Of a stretch of DNA of 64,000 bases, positions 39,528-48,213 are shown piece by piece. Source of the stretch: an uncultured Alphaproteobacteria bacterium. GTDB lineage: Bacteria > Pseudomonadota > Alphaproteobacteria > RF32 > CAG-239. Both the position numbers and the translations under genes were made by a program. The notes beneath the pieces were generated by a model that saw only the letters and a program-made list of their open reading frames with translations, was not told the origin of the DNA and made no database searches. Numbering within the stretch: position 1 is the stretch's first letter; every line of letters starts with the position of its first letter. The stretch lies in the NCBI GenBank assembly GCA_934276635.1, contig CAKQTH010000001.1:200098-264097 (forward strand), in the 5' to 3' direction.

Positions 39528-41957
39528 ATGAAAAAGTTGGGGATGGCGATTCTGTTCGCCTGTTTGGCATATTCCTTTATTGAGGTATCGCCTGTTAATG
39601 CCGGCGTCTGTTTTGTGGTAAACGGGGACTGCGGCCAAAAAATCACGGTAAAGCCGAAAGGTTGTGAAAATTTGGGAGGCATGGAAGACTGCGTCAAAAA
39701 CGGAATGCTCCCGGATTATGAGTCGGCAAAACAGTGTACCTCGGGTGGAGTTGTATATACAAGCAAATGTTTGTGCGATCCAGACAGATTTCCGTATACA
39801 AAAGACGGGCTTAAAGACAACGCCTATTATGAAGCCGGCGGAGAAACCTGCAAAGACCGAACAGGTACATATTACGCTTGGGAGATTTGTCGCGCATCAT
39901 ATAAATATACATTAAATCAAAATGATGTTGACGCAATCAAAAATGAATCTCCTAAATATCATAATGGTGCTGCGGTTTGTGAAAACAGATCAATGGTGCC
40001 GTTTACAAGCCCCTGGTTTTGCACGGAAAAAGACGGAGTATCGTCTTCTTTCAGCAGATATACCAGCTGTGATTGTGACACGAGCATATACAAATATAAC
40101 TCAACAAATAAGGGACTGTACGCATTGTCGGGTGTAATGTGCAAGGGAACCGACAATGTTGAGAGATATACGGCGCTGGCATGTCCTACAATGTATCCGT
40201 ATAAAAAATGTACCGGAGATTTGGTTGATGACAAAATAATGCCGAGTTCTGGTGAAGCAAATTTTGATTGTTATACCTGCAAATGCGCGGCAAAGTTTGA
40301 ATATCCGTCAACTTTGGGCAACAGCATAATCGGTAGCGGAAACCAATGCGATACAAAATGGGATAACTATAAATGTCCGACAACCTATCCGTTGCAAAAA
40401 TGCACCGAAACAACGACATACGCATGTGAAAAAATCACATCGACCGTAAACTCTAAGGCCGTTTGTTATAAACAGGCCAAAAAGCCGACATGTGCGGAAA
40501 TCGGCGGATTGACATTGGCGGAAAAGAATGCGGAGCCTGCGGCTAAAACAGCTTTGTATGACTATAAAACGGCATCGCAAATCAGCGTGGACGACAAAGG
40601 CGTCGGTTGTTACTTCAGAATCCCGAAGACTTGCGAACAGTTGAAATACAGCCAAACGAAAACGGAAGCGGGGCATGGATATACCATATCCGACTATTAT
40701 ACTTCAAAACCATTGGCCGGATTAAGAATCTATCCCGAAACAAAAACATTCCCTGATGCATATACTGGAAATTATACAGGCAAAGTTTCTTCAAGAGTAT
40801 GTTTCAGAAAGCATTCGGACTGCGTGGCCGGAGATGCGTTAACAACAAGCGGACATTGTATGCCTAAAACAACTGGTATTGGTATCATCGGTTGGACCGG
40901 AGCCTCTGCTTACAGCGGTTATGGTGTTAACAGCACAAAAATAGGTATGGTTATTTCGAAGAGCGGCTCCGGATCAACAATCAGCGTCAATTATATTCCG
41001 TTGACTGATGCCGGATATTATCCGAAATATAAAAGATGGTCTCCATATAGTGACGGATCCGGATATGTGTATAAGGATAATTCCGGTAATAAAATTGAAA
41101 TAACCGGAGCATATGACAGCGTAAGCAATATGATGAATATCAGTCAAGCCAATACACTTATATCTAATTTGACGGCATATAAAGATATGGGTGGTACTGT
41201 GCATAATACAACCCGCACTCTGGTTAAAAATACGACTGACGATAAAGATTGGAAAGGCACTTCATCAATAAAAGTCAGAGAGTGCTATTATGTTAAAAAT
41301 ACTGCCACAACAGGAACATATGCTTATGTCAGAAGAGTTGTTCTGGACCCGAACACTAGCGGAGTTGTTTCGGCCACTAACAAGAAAAAACCGCGGTTTT
41401 TGTACGGAGTCCATGCATATGCGGAAGGCCCTGCCGCTCATAAAGTATTGTATGACGAAGACGCAAACGGAAATACTGCAGAACACAAAATTACAATGAA
41501 CAAATTAAACAACTTTACAACTTGGGATAAAGATGCAGATGTTCAACCGGCTCGTATCTATCGTTCATTTAATGCAAAAGAAGAAAAAGCTTGCGGTGTA
41601 CACGGAGCATCTCCTCAAAAAGGAAGAGCTTATGTTAACTCCTATGCGGAAGAAAATGACACGGCAATATTCCAAGTATATTATTGCCAGTTGCCAATGT
41701 ACTTCAGACGCCCTAACAGAACATGCGTCAAAACTCACAATGCGGATACAGGTACTCCAGAAGCAAATTGTTGGGTAACTCAATGGTTGAGGGCTGGTCT
41801 TGGTGATGGATTCTTGAGTTGTCCCGATGATATATGTACGGTTGCATATACCGGAGACAGCACGGCAAAATGGGGAACTCAAGGCTGTTATGTTAAGTCA
41901 GTACTGACTAAAACATCGACGGTTTCAAGAGGAACAAATTGGACTAAGATATATTAA
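39528..41957 (+). CDS. large secreted cysteine-rich protein (about 810 aa) of unknown function with internal CPTxYPxxKCT repeats
   Basis: Signal peptide MKKLGMAILFACLAYSFIEVSPVNA. More than 40 Cys in the N-terminal 430 aa. ACPTMYPYKKCT and KCPTTYPLQKCT repeats. G/S/T/Y-rich C-terminal half. No family recognised. Confidence 0.65.
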   Translation: MKKLGMAILFACLAYSFIEVSPVNAGVCFVVNGDCGQKITVKPKGCENLGGMEDCVKNGMLPDYESAKQCTSGGVVYTSKCLCDPDRFPYTKDGLKDNAYYEAGGETCKDRTGTYYAWEICRASYKYTLNQNDVDAIKNESPKYHNGAAVCENRSMVPFTSPWFCTEKDGVSSSFSRYTSCDCDTSIYKYNSTNKGLYALSGVMCKGTDNVERYTALACPTMYPYKKCTGDLVDDKIMPSSGEANFDCYTCKCAAKFEYPSTLGNSIIGSGNQCDTKWDNYKCPTTYPLQKCTETTTYACEKITSTVNSKAVCYKQAKKPTCAEIGGLTLAEKNAEPAAKTALYDYKTASQISVDDKGVGCYFRIPKTCEQLKYSQTKTEAGHGYTISDYYTSKPLAGLRIYPETKTFPDAYTGNYTGKVSSRVCFRKHSDCVAGDALTTSGHCMPKTTGIGIIGWTGASAYSGYGVNSTKIGMVISKSGSGSTISVNYIPLTDAGYYPKYKRWSPYSDGSGYVYKDNSGNKIEITGAYDSVSNMMNISQANTLISNLTAYKDMGGTVHNTTRTLVKNTTDDKDWKGTSSIKVRECYYVKNTATTGTYAYVRRVVLDPNTSGVVSATNKKKPRFLYGVHAYAEGPAAHKVLYDEDANGNTAEHKITMNKLNNFTTWDKDADVQPARIYRSFNAKEEKACGVHGASPQKGRAYVNSYAEENDTAIFQVYYCQLPMYFRRPNRTCVKTHNADTGTPEANCWVTQWLRAGLGDGFLSCPDDICTVAYTGDSTAKWGTQGCYVKSVLTKTSTVSRGTNWTKIY

Positions 41958-41972
41958 TGATACGGCAAAACA

Positions 41973-42005
41973 AAAAAACGGCGGTGAAATTATCCGCCGT
42001 TTTTG
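41973..42005 (+). terminator. rho-independent terminator
   Basis: acggcgg-tgaaattat-ccgccgt hairpin followed by TTTT. Confidence 0.6.
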
Positions 42006-42125
42006 GTGTGATACGCAGCATAAATGTCTGCCTTTCGCTTGTAGTCAAACCCCTTTCTCCGGTGTTCTCACCCGCCGCACTGCGACACAAAAAAAGCTGT
42101 TTTCAAAAAGAAAACAGCCTTTTAA

Positions 42126-42201
42126 TGGTACGCGCGCGGGGGTTCGAACCCCGGACCCACTGATTAAGAGTCAGTTGCTCTACCAACTGAGCTACGCACG
42201 C
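42126..42201 (-). tRNA. tRNA-Lys (anticodon CTT)
   Basis: Manual fold: 76 nt; acceptor stem with G1-U72 and U4-G69 wobble pairs; D-arm GCTCAGTTGGTAGAGC; anticodon loop CTCTTAA; T-arm CGGGG-TTCGAAC-CCCCG; encoded CCA. Confidence 0.85.
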
Positions 42202-42353
42202 ATAATCCGTAAATCTGACCGGAATATAACCCGTATAATTTTTTTTTGCAACCACTTTTTTTATTTTTTTTACAAAACTGTTATTTTATGTTTGAAAAAT
42301 GAATATTATCTGCTAATAATATGGAAAATTTTTGCTGTTTAAGGAGAAAAATA

Positions 42354-43139
42354 ATGAAAAAATTGATGTATGTCTTGCTGATTTTGCTGGTTATTATCGT
42401 TCTGGCTCTCGGTGCCGCTTATATGTTTTTGGACGATATCGTTAAAAATGCCGTAAATACATACGGCCCGAAAGTTCTCGGCGCGCCAGTCAGTGTTGCA
42501 AATGTTTCGCTCAAACCGATTAAAGGCGAATTTGTTATCGGCGGTATTAAGGTCGGCAATTCCGACAAGTTTAAGTCTGAAAATCTTATCAGCCTCGGCA
42601 AAGTTGTCGTTTATGTTGATATGAAAAGCCTTTTCAGCGACAAAATCATTGTAAAATCAGTTGAAGTTGCAAAGCCGGAAATCACATATGAAATGATTTC
42701 GCTCACCACAAACAATATTTCCGAATTTTTGAAGAATATGAATGCAAATCAGGGAAAAACTTCTGCCTCTGAACAAAAAGCGGAAACAAAACAGGCTGAA
42801 AATTCCGCAAAAGCTTCCGATTCATCTTCAAAATCGGTCGTAATCAAAAATATTGATGTTACGGACGGAAAAATCGACGCGGTTATGAATGTTGCAGGCA
42901 ACACAAATTCCGTTTCGGTTGTTTTGCCGAATATCAATATGAAAAATGTCGGAGAAGAGAAAAAGCAAAATATTGCTCAGACCATTGTAGAAGTTGTTAA
43001 TCAGGTTTTGAAAACGGCATTGAATACGGTTGTCAACGCAAATGTTTCGGATTTGAAAGGCGTTGCCGATGAAAATATGAACAATATCGTTGATAAAGTA
43101 AAAGAAAAAGTCGGAAATCTCGGCTTGTTTGGAAAATAA
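42354..43139 (+). CDS. hypothetical membrane-anchored protein (N-terminal TM helix, beta-rich)
   Basis: MKKLMYVLLILLVIIVLALGAAY TM helix. No family confidently recognised. Confidence 0.45.
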   Translation: MKKLMYVLLILLVIIVLALGAAYMFLDDIVKNAVNTYGPKVLGAPVSVANVSLKPIKGEFVIGGIKVGNSDKFKSENLISLGKVVVYVDMKSLFSDKIIVKSVEVAKPEITYEMISLTTNNISEFLKNMNANQGKTSASEQKAETKQAENSAKASDSSSKSVVIKNIDVTDGKIDAVMNVAGNTNSVSVVLPNINMKNVGEEKKQNIAQTIVEVVNQVLKTALNTVVNANVSDLKGVADENMNNIVDKVKEKVGNLGLFGK

Positions 43140-43163
43140 TTTTTTAGAACTGAGGATAAATAT

Positions 43164-44606
43164 ATGTTAGCCCCAAAAAATAATGTTTCGCCAATTCGCG
43201 GCGAAGTGTTGGTCGAAGTCGTTAAAAGTTTTGCTCAAGATAAATTTGCCGATGCCGACAAAATTATGCAAAATATTGTGCCGGACGATGCAAAACCGGT
43301 ACGCGGCTCAATCGAAAGAGACCGTGAAGTTGTCAAACAGCAGTGTATGGCCGCAATGGGATTTTGCCCGCAAGATGAAGATACAACCGCAGATTTGGCT
43401 TCTTTAGGCGCCAGAGCTTTGGAACGCACAACACCTGAAGAACCGCGCATTTCTGTGATTAAGGCGGCCTGCGACGGCTGTATGCCTTTGCGCTATACGG
43501 TGACAAATATGTGCCGCAGTTGTGTTGCCCGCCCTTGTGAGGCTAATTGTCCGCGTGCGGCGATTTCTGTTGAAAAACAAGCAGTTATTGACCAAACAAA
43601 ATGCGTAAAATGCGGAATCTGTTCAACGGTATGTCCGTACGGCGCAATCAACAAGGCGGTTGTCCCGTGTGAAGACGCTTGCCCAGTCGGTGCGCTGTCT
43701 AAGGACGAAAACGGCAAGGAACAGATTGATCCGCAAAAATGCATTCATTGCGGAAAATGTGTTATGTCCTGTCCGTTCGGAGCGATTGTTCAGCGTTCGC
43801 AAATGGTTGATGTTTTGAATAAATTGGCCGACAAAAACAAGAGAGTTGTGGCGATGCTTGCTCCTGCGTTTTTGGGACAATTTGCGGGACAGGTCGGCAA
43901 TGTTGTGTCCGCGCTCAAAAAAATCGGATTTTCCGATGTGGTGGAAGTTGCAATCGGGGCAGAGGTTACGACAGTTAAAGAAGCGGCTGAATTTGTGGAA
44001 AGAATGCATGAGGGCAAGCCGTTTATGACAACATCGTGCTGTCCGGCCTATGTTCGTGCCGCAAAACTCCATATGCCCGAGATTTTGCCGTTTGTTTCGG
44101 ATACCAAAAGCCCGATGTATTATTCGGCCGAAATGGTTAAAAAAGCTGATCCTCAATGCGTTTCGGTGTTTGTCGGCCCATGTATGGCAAAGCGTGTGGA
44201 AGCGGCGGAAAATCCGAATGTTGACTATGTTTTGATATTTGAGGAAATTGCAGCAATGTTCGCTGGTCTCGGTGTTAATGTTGCGGAATGCGAAGCGCAG
44301 GATTTTGCTGAAATTTCAAGCTCTCAAGGTCGTCAGTTCCCGCTTTCTGGAGGAGTTGCCGGTGCGGTTGCCTCAATAATCGGAGACAAAGCGGATTATC
44401 GTCCGGAAAAAATCGATGGTTTGAACAAAGACAATGTCAAACTCATCAAACGCTATGCGGCAAAAGGCTTTGACGGCAATATGCTTGAAGTTATGTGCTG
44501 CGAAGGCGGTTGCATTGCGGGCCCGGGCTGCGTCGCTTTGGCGAAAAAGGCCGCAAAGGTTGTGGAAAATTATGTTAAAGAAGGTCCCGACCTCAAAAAT
44601 AAATAA
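43164..44606 (+). CDS. [FeFe]-hydrogenase-like protein (multiple 4Fe-4S ferredoxin motifs plus Fe-only hydrogenase H-domain)
   Basis: CxxCxxCxxxCP motifs (CVKCGICSTVCP, CIHCGKCVMSCP). H-cluster L1 TSCCPAYV and L2 GPCMAKRVE. L3 reads EVMCCEGGCIAGPGC, which deviates from ExMACxxGCxxGGGQP. Confidence 0.75.
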   Translation: MLAPKNNVSPIRGEVLVEVVKSFAQDKFADADKIMQNIVPDDAKPVRGSIERDREVVKQQCMAAMGFCPQDEDTTADLASLGARALERTTPEEPRISVIKAACDGCMPLRYTVTNMCRSCVARPCEANCPRAAISVEKQAVIDQTKCVKCGICSTVCPYGAINKAVVPCEDACPVGALSKDENGKEQIDPQKCIHCGKCVMSCPFGAIVQRSQMVDVLNKLADKNKRVVAMLAPAFLGQFAGQVGNVVSALKKIGFSDVVEVAIGAEVTTVKEAAEFVERMHEGKPFMTTSCCPAYVRAAKLHMPEILPFVSDTKSPMYYSAEMVKKADPQCVSVFVGPCMAKRVEAAENPNVDYVLIFEEIAAMFAGLGVNVAECEAQDFAEISSSQGRQFPLSGGVAGAVASIIGDKADYRPEKIDGLNKDNVKLIKRYAAKGFDGNMLEVMCCEGGCIAGPGCVALAKKAAKVVENYVKEGPDLKNK

Positions 44607-44612
44607 TCAGCA

Positions 44613-44642
44613 ATTGAGCCTCATTTTTGAGGCTCTTTTTTT
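44613..44642 (+). terminator. rho-independent terminator
   Basis: gagcctca-ttttt-tgaggctc hairpin followed by TTTTTTT. Confidence 0.5.
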
Positions 44643-44827
44643 GAGCAGTCGGCAGAGTTTTTGTCTTTCGGCTTACCTTTTGTGCAACCGCATTTTTCAT
44701 CTGCAACATCGCATGACGGACATGTAAAATCGTGTCCCATATTGTTCGGATAGGTGCAGCCACAGTTGTCATCTTCGCGGCAGTCGCAGCGGTTTTCATA
44801 GTCATAATAGCATTTTGATTTTTCCAT
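44621..44827 (-). CDS. small cysteine-rich protein (about 68 aa, 10 Cys), possibly metal-binding
   Basis: ORF with GAGGT RBS 6 nt before ATG (MEKSKCYYDYENRCDCREDDNCGC...). Its 3' end overlaps the hydrogenase terminator, and a terminator hairpin lies just upstream. Confidence 0.35.
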   Translation of the reverse strand: MEKSKCYYDYENRCDCREDDNCGCTYPNNMGHDFTCPSCDVADEKCGCTKGKPKDKNSADCSKKEPQK

Positions 44828-44901
44828 ATTATACCTCATAAAAAAGACCGATAATCGTATCGGTCTTTTGATATAATCGCTGTGCGGCAATTTTAAATGA
44901 G

Positions 44902-45375
44902 TTATTTGTAAATTACATCAACAACTTCAAAAGATTTTTTGCCGCCCGGAGCCATATATACAACCTCATCGCCGGCTTCTTTGCCGATTAGGGCTTTGGC
45001 AAGCGGGGACGAAAGGGAGATTTTGTTCTTTTCGATATCGGCTTCATAATCTCCGACAATTTGATAAGTCTTTTCTTCATCGGTGTTTTCATCGGCCAAA
45101 ACAACCGTTGCGCCGAAACGAATGACAGAACCGCCGGTTTGTGCCGGATCAATCACCTGAGCGCGGCTGACCACAACTTCAAGCTCTTGGATTCTGCCCT
45201 CAATAAAGCTTTGTTTTTCTTTTGCGGCTGAATATTCCGCATTTTCGGACAAATCGCCATGCGAACGAGCTTCGGCAATTGCGGCGATAATATTAGGCCG
45301 TTCAACACCTTTAAGGTTTTTAAGCTCCTGTTCAAGCGCAGCAAAACCGTCCTTAGTCAAAGGAAATTTATCCAT
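44902..45375 (-). CDS. greA: transcription elongation factor GreA
   Basis: Full-length GreA similarity, including the acidic finger region ...HGDLSENAEY. Confidence 0.9.
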   Translation of the reverse strand: MDKFPLTKDGFAALEQELKNLKGVERPNIIAAIAEARSHGDLSENAEYSAAKEKQSFIEGRIQELEVVVSRAQVIDPAQTGGSVIRFGATVVLADENTDEEKTYQIVGDYEADIEKNKISLSSPLAKALIGKEAGDEVVYMAPGGKKSFEVVDVIYK

Positions 45376-45622
45376 ATTCTTACTCCTAAAATAAAAGCAG
45401 GCCGTATCGGCCGTAATTTAAAAAGTCAGAAAAACAAGACTGCGAAAAGGAAAACCCTTTACACAGCCCGATTTTTTCGTTTACTGAGATGCAAAATAAC
45501 ACATTTATTTTTTAAATCAAGTTTTTTATTTTTTTGTGCAAAATCAAACTTTGTTTGTATACAAAAAAATGAGTGTATAGTATGGTGCTTATCGTAAAAG
45601 AACATTTTGGGAGACTTTTAAA

Positions 45623-46081
45623 ATGAAAAAAATTCTTTTGGCTTCGGCTGTTTTCGGCGTAGCTTTGATGGCTAGCGCACCTTCTTTCGCAATTGACAGC
45701 ACAGGTTGCGGCCTCGGTTCTATGGCTTGGCGCGGTCAGAGCGGTATGGTTCCGCAAGTTTTGGCTGCTACAACAAACGGCTTGTTCGGATCTCAGACAT
45801 TCGGTATCACAACAGGTACCAGCGGATGCGACCCTGAAGGAAGAATCACCGGCGGAACACAGAGAATGTTGCTTGCATTTGTTGAAAACAACATGGAACA
45901 AATCGCTATGGATGTTGCCGCAGGCAATGGTGAAACTCTTGAAACAATGGCCGGAATTATGAATGTTGATGCAAAAACTTTGGCATCAAAAACTCATAAC
46001 CAGTTTGCTGTTTTGTTCCCGTCTGCAGATGTAGAAGCAGTTGATGTTACATTGAGACTTTTTGAAATTATGAAAGCATAA
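45623..46081 (+). CDS. DUF3015 family secreted protein
   Basis: Signal peptide and the conserved G/T-rich DUF3015 core (CGLGSMAW...TSGCDPEG). Confidence 0.6.
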   Translation: MKKILLASAVFGVALMASAPSFAIDSTGCGLGSMAWRGQSGMVPQVLAATTNGLFGSQTFGITTGTSGCDPEGRITGGTQRMLLAFVENNMEQIAMDVAAGNGETLETMAGIMNVDAKTLASKTHNQFAVLFPSADVEAVDVTLRLFEIMKA

Positions 46082-46103
46082 TTTTTCAAAGAGGAACAAA
46101 AAG

Positions 46104-47945
46104 ATGAAATGTGGCTTAAATATATGGCGAATGCTTGTTTTAAGCCACATTTTTTGTGTTTTTGCATTCGGCAGCGCTACGGCGGATACAACAAATCTTG
46201 ATAATTTTGCCGTTTCGGACGAATGGCTTGCGGTGGTGCATTATCAAAAGAAAATTGCCGGATACAAAAGCACAATAGACACGTCTGATTTTTTCTTGTC
46301 CCCTTGCGGAAAAACAAATCCGAGATGCGAGCTTGAGGCGACAATTGCGCTTTTTGCCTCAAATGACGACAAAACAAAATGCAATTTTCCGTCTCGCTAT
46401 AAGCTTTTGAAAAAACACGGGATTGTTGATTATCCTTTTCCGAAATGCGATGAATTGGAACAATTTTATGCCGATTTGCAGCCGAGCGGAATAACTCTTT
46501 TGTTTACCGATGCCTATATGAATAATCCGTCGTCGCTTTTCGGACATACTCTGATCAGAATCGACACGGCGAGAAAGGGAACGCAGCTTTTGGCGCACGG
46601 GGCGAATTACGGTGCGTTTACCGGCGAAGAAAACGGCGCTCTGTTTGCGATAAGAGGCTTGACCGGCGGATATTTCGGCGGGTTTACCGTAAAGCCGTAT
46701 TATGATATCATAAACACCTATAACAACATTGAAAATCGCGATATTTGGGAGTTTTCGCTGAATCTGAGCGATGAAGAAATGGATATGTTTGTGGCTCATC
46801 TTTGGGAAATCGGCCACGCGCAAAGCCGCTATTTTTTCTTTACGCGCAATTGCTCGTATATGCTTATGGAAATGTTTGATGCAGTGCGTCCGTCGCTCAA
46901 ATTGGCGCAGGATTTTCCGCTTCAGGCGATTCCTTTGGATACACTGAAAGCGGTTGTTGCAAAGCCAGATTTTGTAAAGAGCATAAAATATCGTCCGTCG
47001 CGCCAAAACAAAATCAGGCACAGAATCGAGCATATGAACGACGAGCAGAAAGAATATTTTTATAATACGGTTGAAAACAAGGACTATGTTTTTGCCGATA
47101 TTCACGAAAATATCAGAGCCGCCGTGCTTGAGACCACATATCAGTATATTCAATATCAATATGTGGCAAAAAAGCTGGAGCTGAAAGATTATCGCGCGCA
47201 AAGTTTTAGGGCTCTGCTGGGCATAAACAGCGCAAAAAACAAAGATAATCTGCCGGAGCTGACCGAAGGGAAAAATCCGACGCAATCACACGATTCCATG
47301 CGGACCGAAGTGTTGTTCGGAAGCCGCAACGGAGACGCTTTTCAAGAGATTTCATATCGGCCGGCATATCATTCGGTGACCGATAACGACTATGGCTTTT
47401 TGAAAGGCGCGGAAATAAACTTTTTGGATTTTTCGGCCCGTCACTATGACCGCACCGACAAATATGTTTTGCAAAAAATAAATCTGCTCGGCATAAAATC
47501 ATATTCGCCGATTGATGCGCTGTTTGCGCCGATTTCATTTCAAATCGGGGCGGATATAAAGCGCGAGGAGAATCCGGTTTCACGCAAAGAAGGATATGCT
47601 TTCAACTTTGTCGGCGGAGTCGGCGCAACATTTGCCGCAACGAAAAATGTGTGGTTTTATGCAATGAACAGGGCGCATCTGGCCTATGGCGGATTTTTGC
47701 CGCACAATCAATATGCCGGAATTGAATTTGCGGTCGGTTCGCTGATTGATATCGCAAAGTTGAAAATTTTGGCAGAAGCGCAAAAATCGTTTGCAACCTC
47801 GCATTACGGCGCAAAAACAATATATTCGATAGAAAGCGCATATCCGCTGTCGCGCAATCTGGCAGTTTCGGCAAAATATTCGTATGAGCACAATTACGGT
47901 GCTGATTTTGAAGAGTTTTCTGTCGGATTTCGCATATATTTTTAA
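46104..47945 (+). CDS. DUF4105 (Lnb-like N-terminal domain) protein with C-terminal beta-rich domain
   Basis: Signal peptide and the DUF4105 hallmark FFTRNCSYML. Confidence 0.6.
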   Translation: MKCGLNIWRMLVLSHIFCVFAFGSATADTTNLDNFAVSDEWLAVVHYQKKIAGYKSTIDTSDFFLSPCGKTNPRCELEATIALFASNDDKTKCNFPSRYKLLKKHGIVDYPFPKCDELEQFYADLQPSGITLLFTDAYMNNPSSLFGHTLIRIDTARKGTQLLAHGANYGAFTGEENGALFAIRGLTGGYFGGFTVKPYYDIINTYNNIENRDIWEFSLNLSDEEMDMFVAHLWEIGHAQSRYFFFTRNCSYMLMEMFDAVRPSLKLAQDFPLQAIPLDTLKAVVAKPDFVKSIKYRPSRQNKIRHRIEHMNDEQKEYFYNTVENKDYVFADIHENIRAAVLETTYQYIQYQYVAKKLELKDYRAQSFRALLGINSAKNKDNLPELTEGKNPTQSHDSMRTEVLFGSRNGDAFQEISYRPAYHSVTDNDYGFLKGAEINFLDFSARHYDRTDKYVLQKINLLGIKSYSPIDALFAPISFQIGADIKREENPVSRKEGYAFNFVGGVGATFAATKNVWFYAMNRAHLAYGGFLPHNQYAGIEFAVGSLIDIAKLKILAEAQKSFATSHYGAKTIYSIESAYPLSRNLAVSAKYSYEHNYGADFEEFSVGFRIYF

Positions 47946-48020
47946 TTTTTTGCCACAGATGTGAAAAAAAGACTTGATTATTTTGCAAAAGTGGAATATT
48001 TGTTGCCTTGTCTTTGTGAT

Positions 48021-48106
48021 GCGGCCGTGGCGAAATTGGTAGACGCGTAACGTTGAGGTCGTTATGAACTAAGTTCATGGAAGTTCGAGTCTTCTCGGCC
48101 GCACCA
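48021..48106 (+). tRNA. tRNA-Leu (anticodon GAG), type II with long variable arm
   Basis: Manual fold: acceptor GCGGCCG/CGGCCGC, anticodon stem TAACG/CGTTA, loop TTGAGGT, long variable arm and encoded CCA. Confidence 0.85.
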
Positions 48107-48213
48107 TATTTGATAATTTGTTCAATGTTTTATAAGGGAAATGCCATCGGCATCATTTTTTTTGTCTTGATATATAATCCGCATGCGGACTGATTTTTTT
48201 AAGGGAGGAAGTT

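Noticed and set aside
44434-44727. 97-aa plus-strand ORF overlapping the 3' end of the hydrogenase gene
   Set aside because: It lies within or overlaps the hydrogenase coding region and terminator. It has no RBS and no recognisable features.
46359-47285. 308-aa minus-strand ORF inside the DUF4105 gene
   Set aside because: It is a shadow ORF. The plus-strand gene has a signal peptide and the conserved DUF4105 motif.
48107-48213. M-box (Mg) riboswitch upstream of mgtE
   Set aside because: The leader is only about 107 nt and lacks the length and conserved stems of an M-box. It is treated simply as hairpins.
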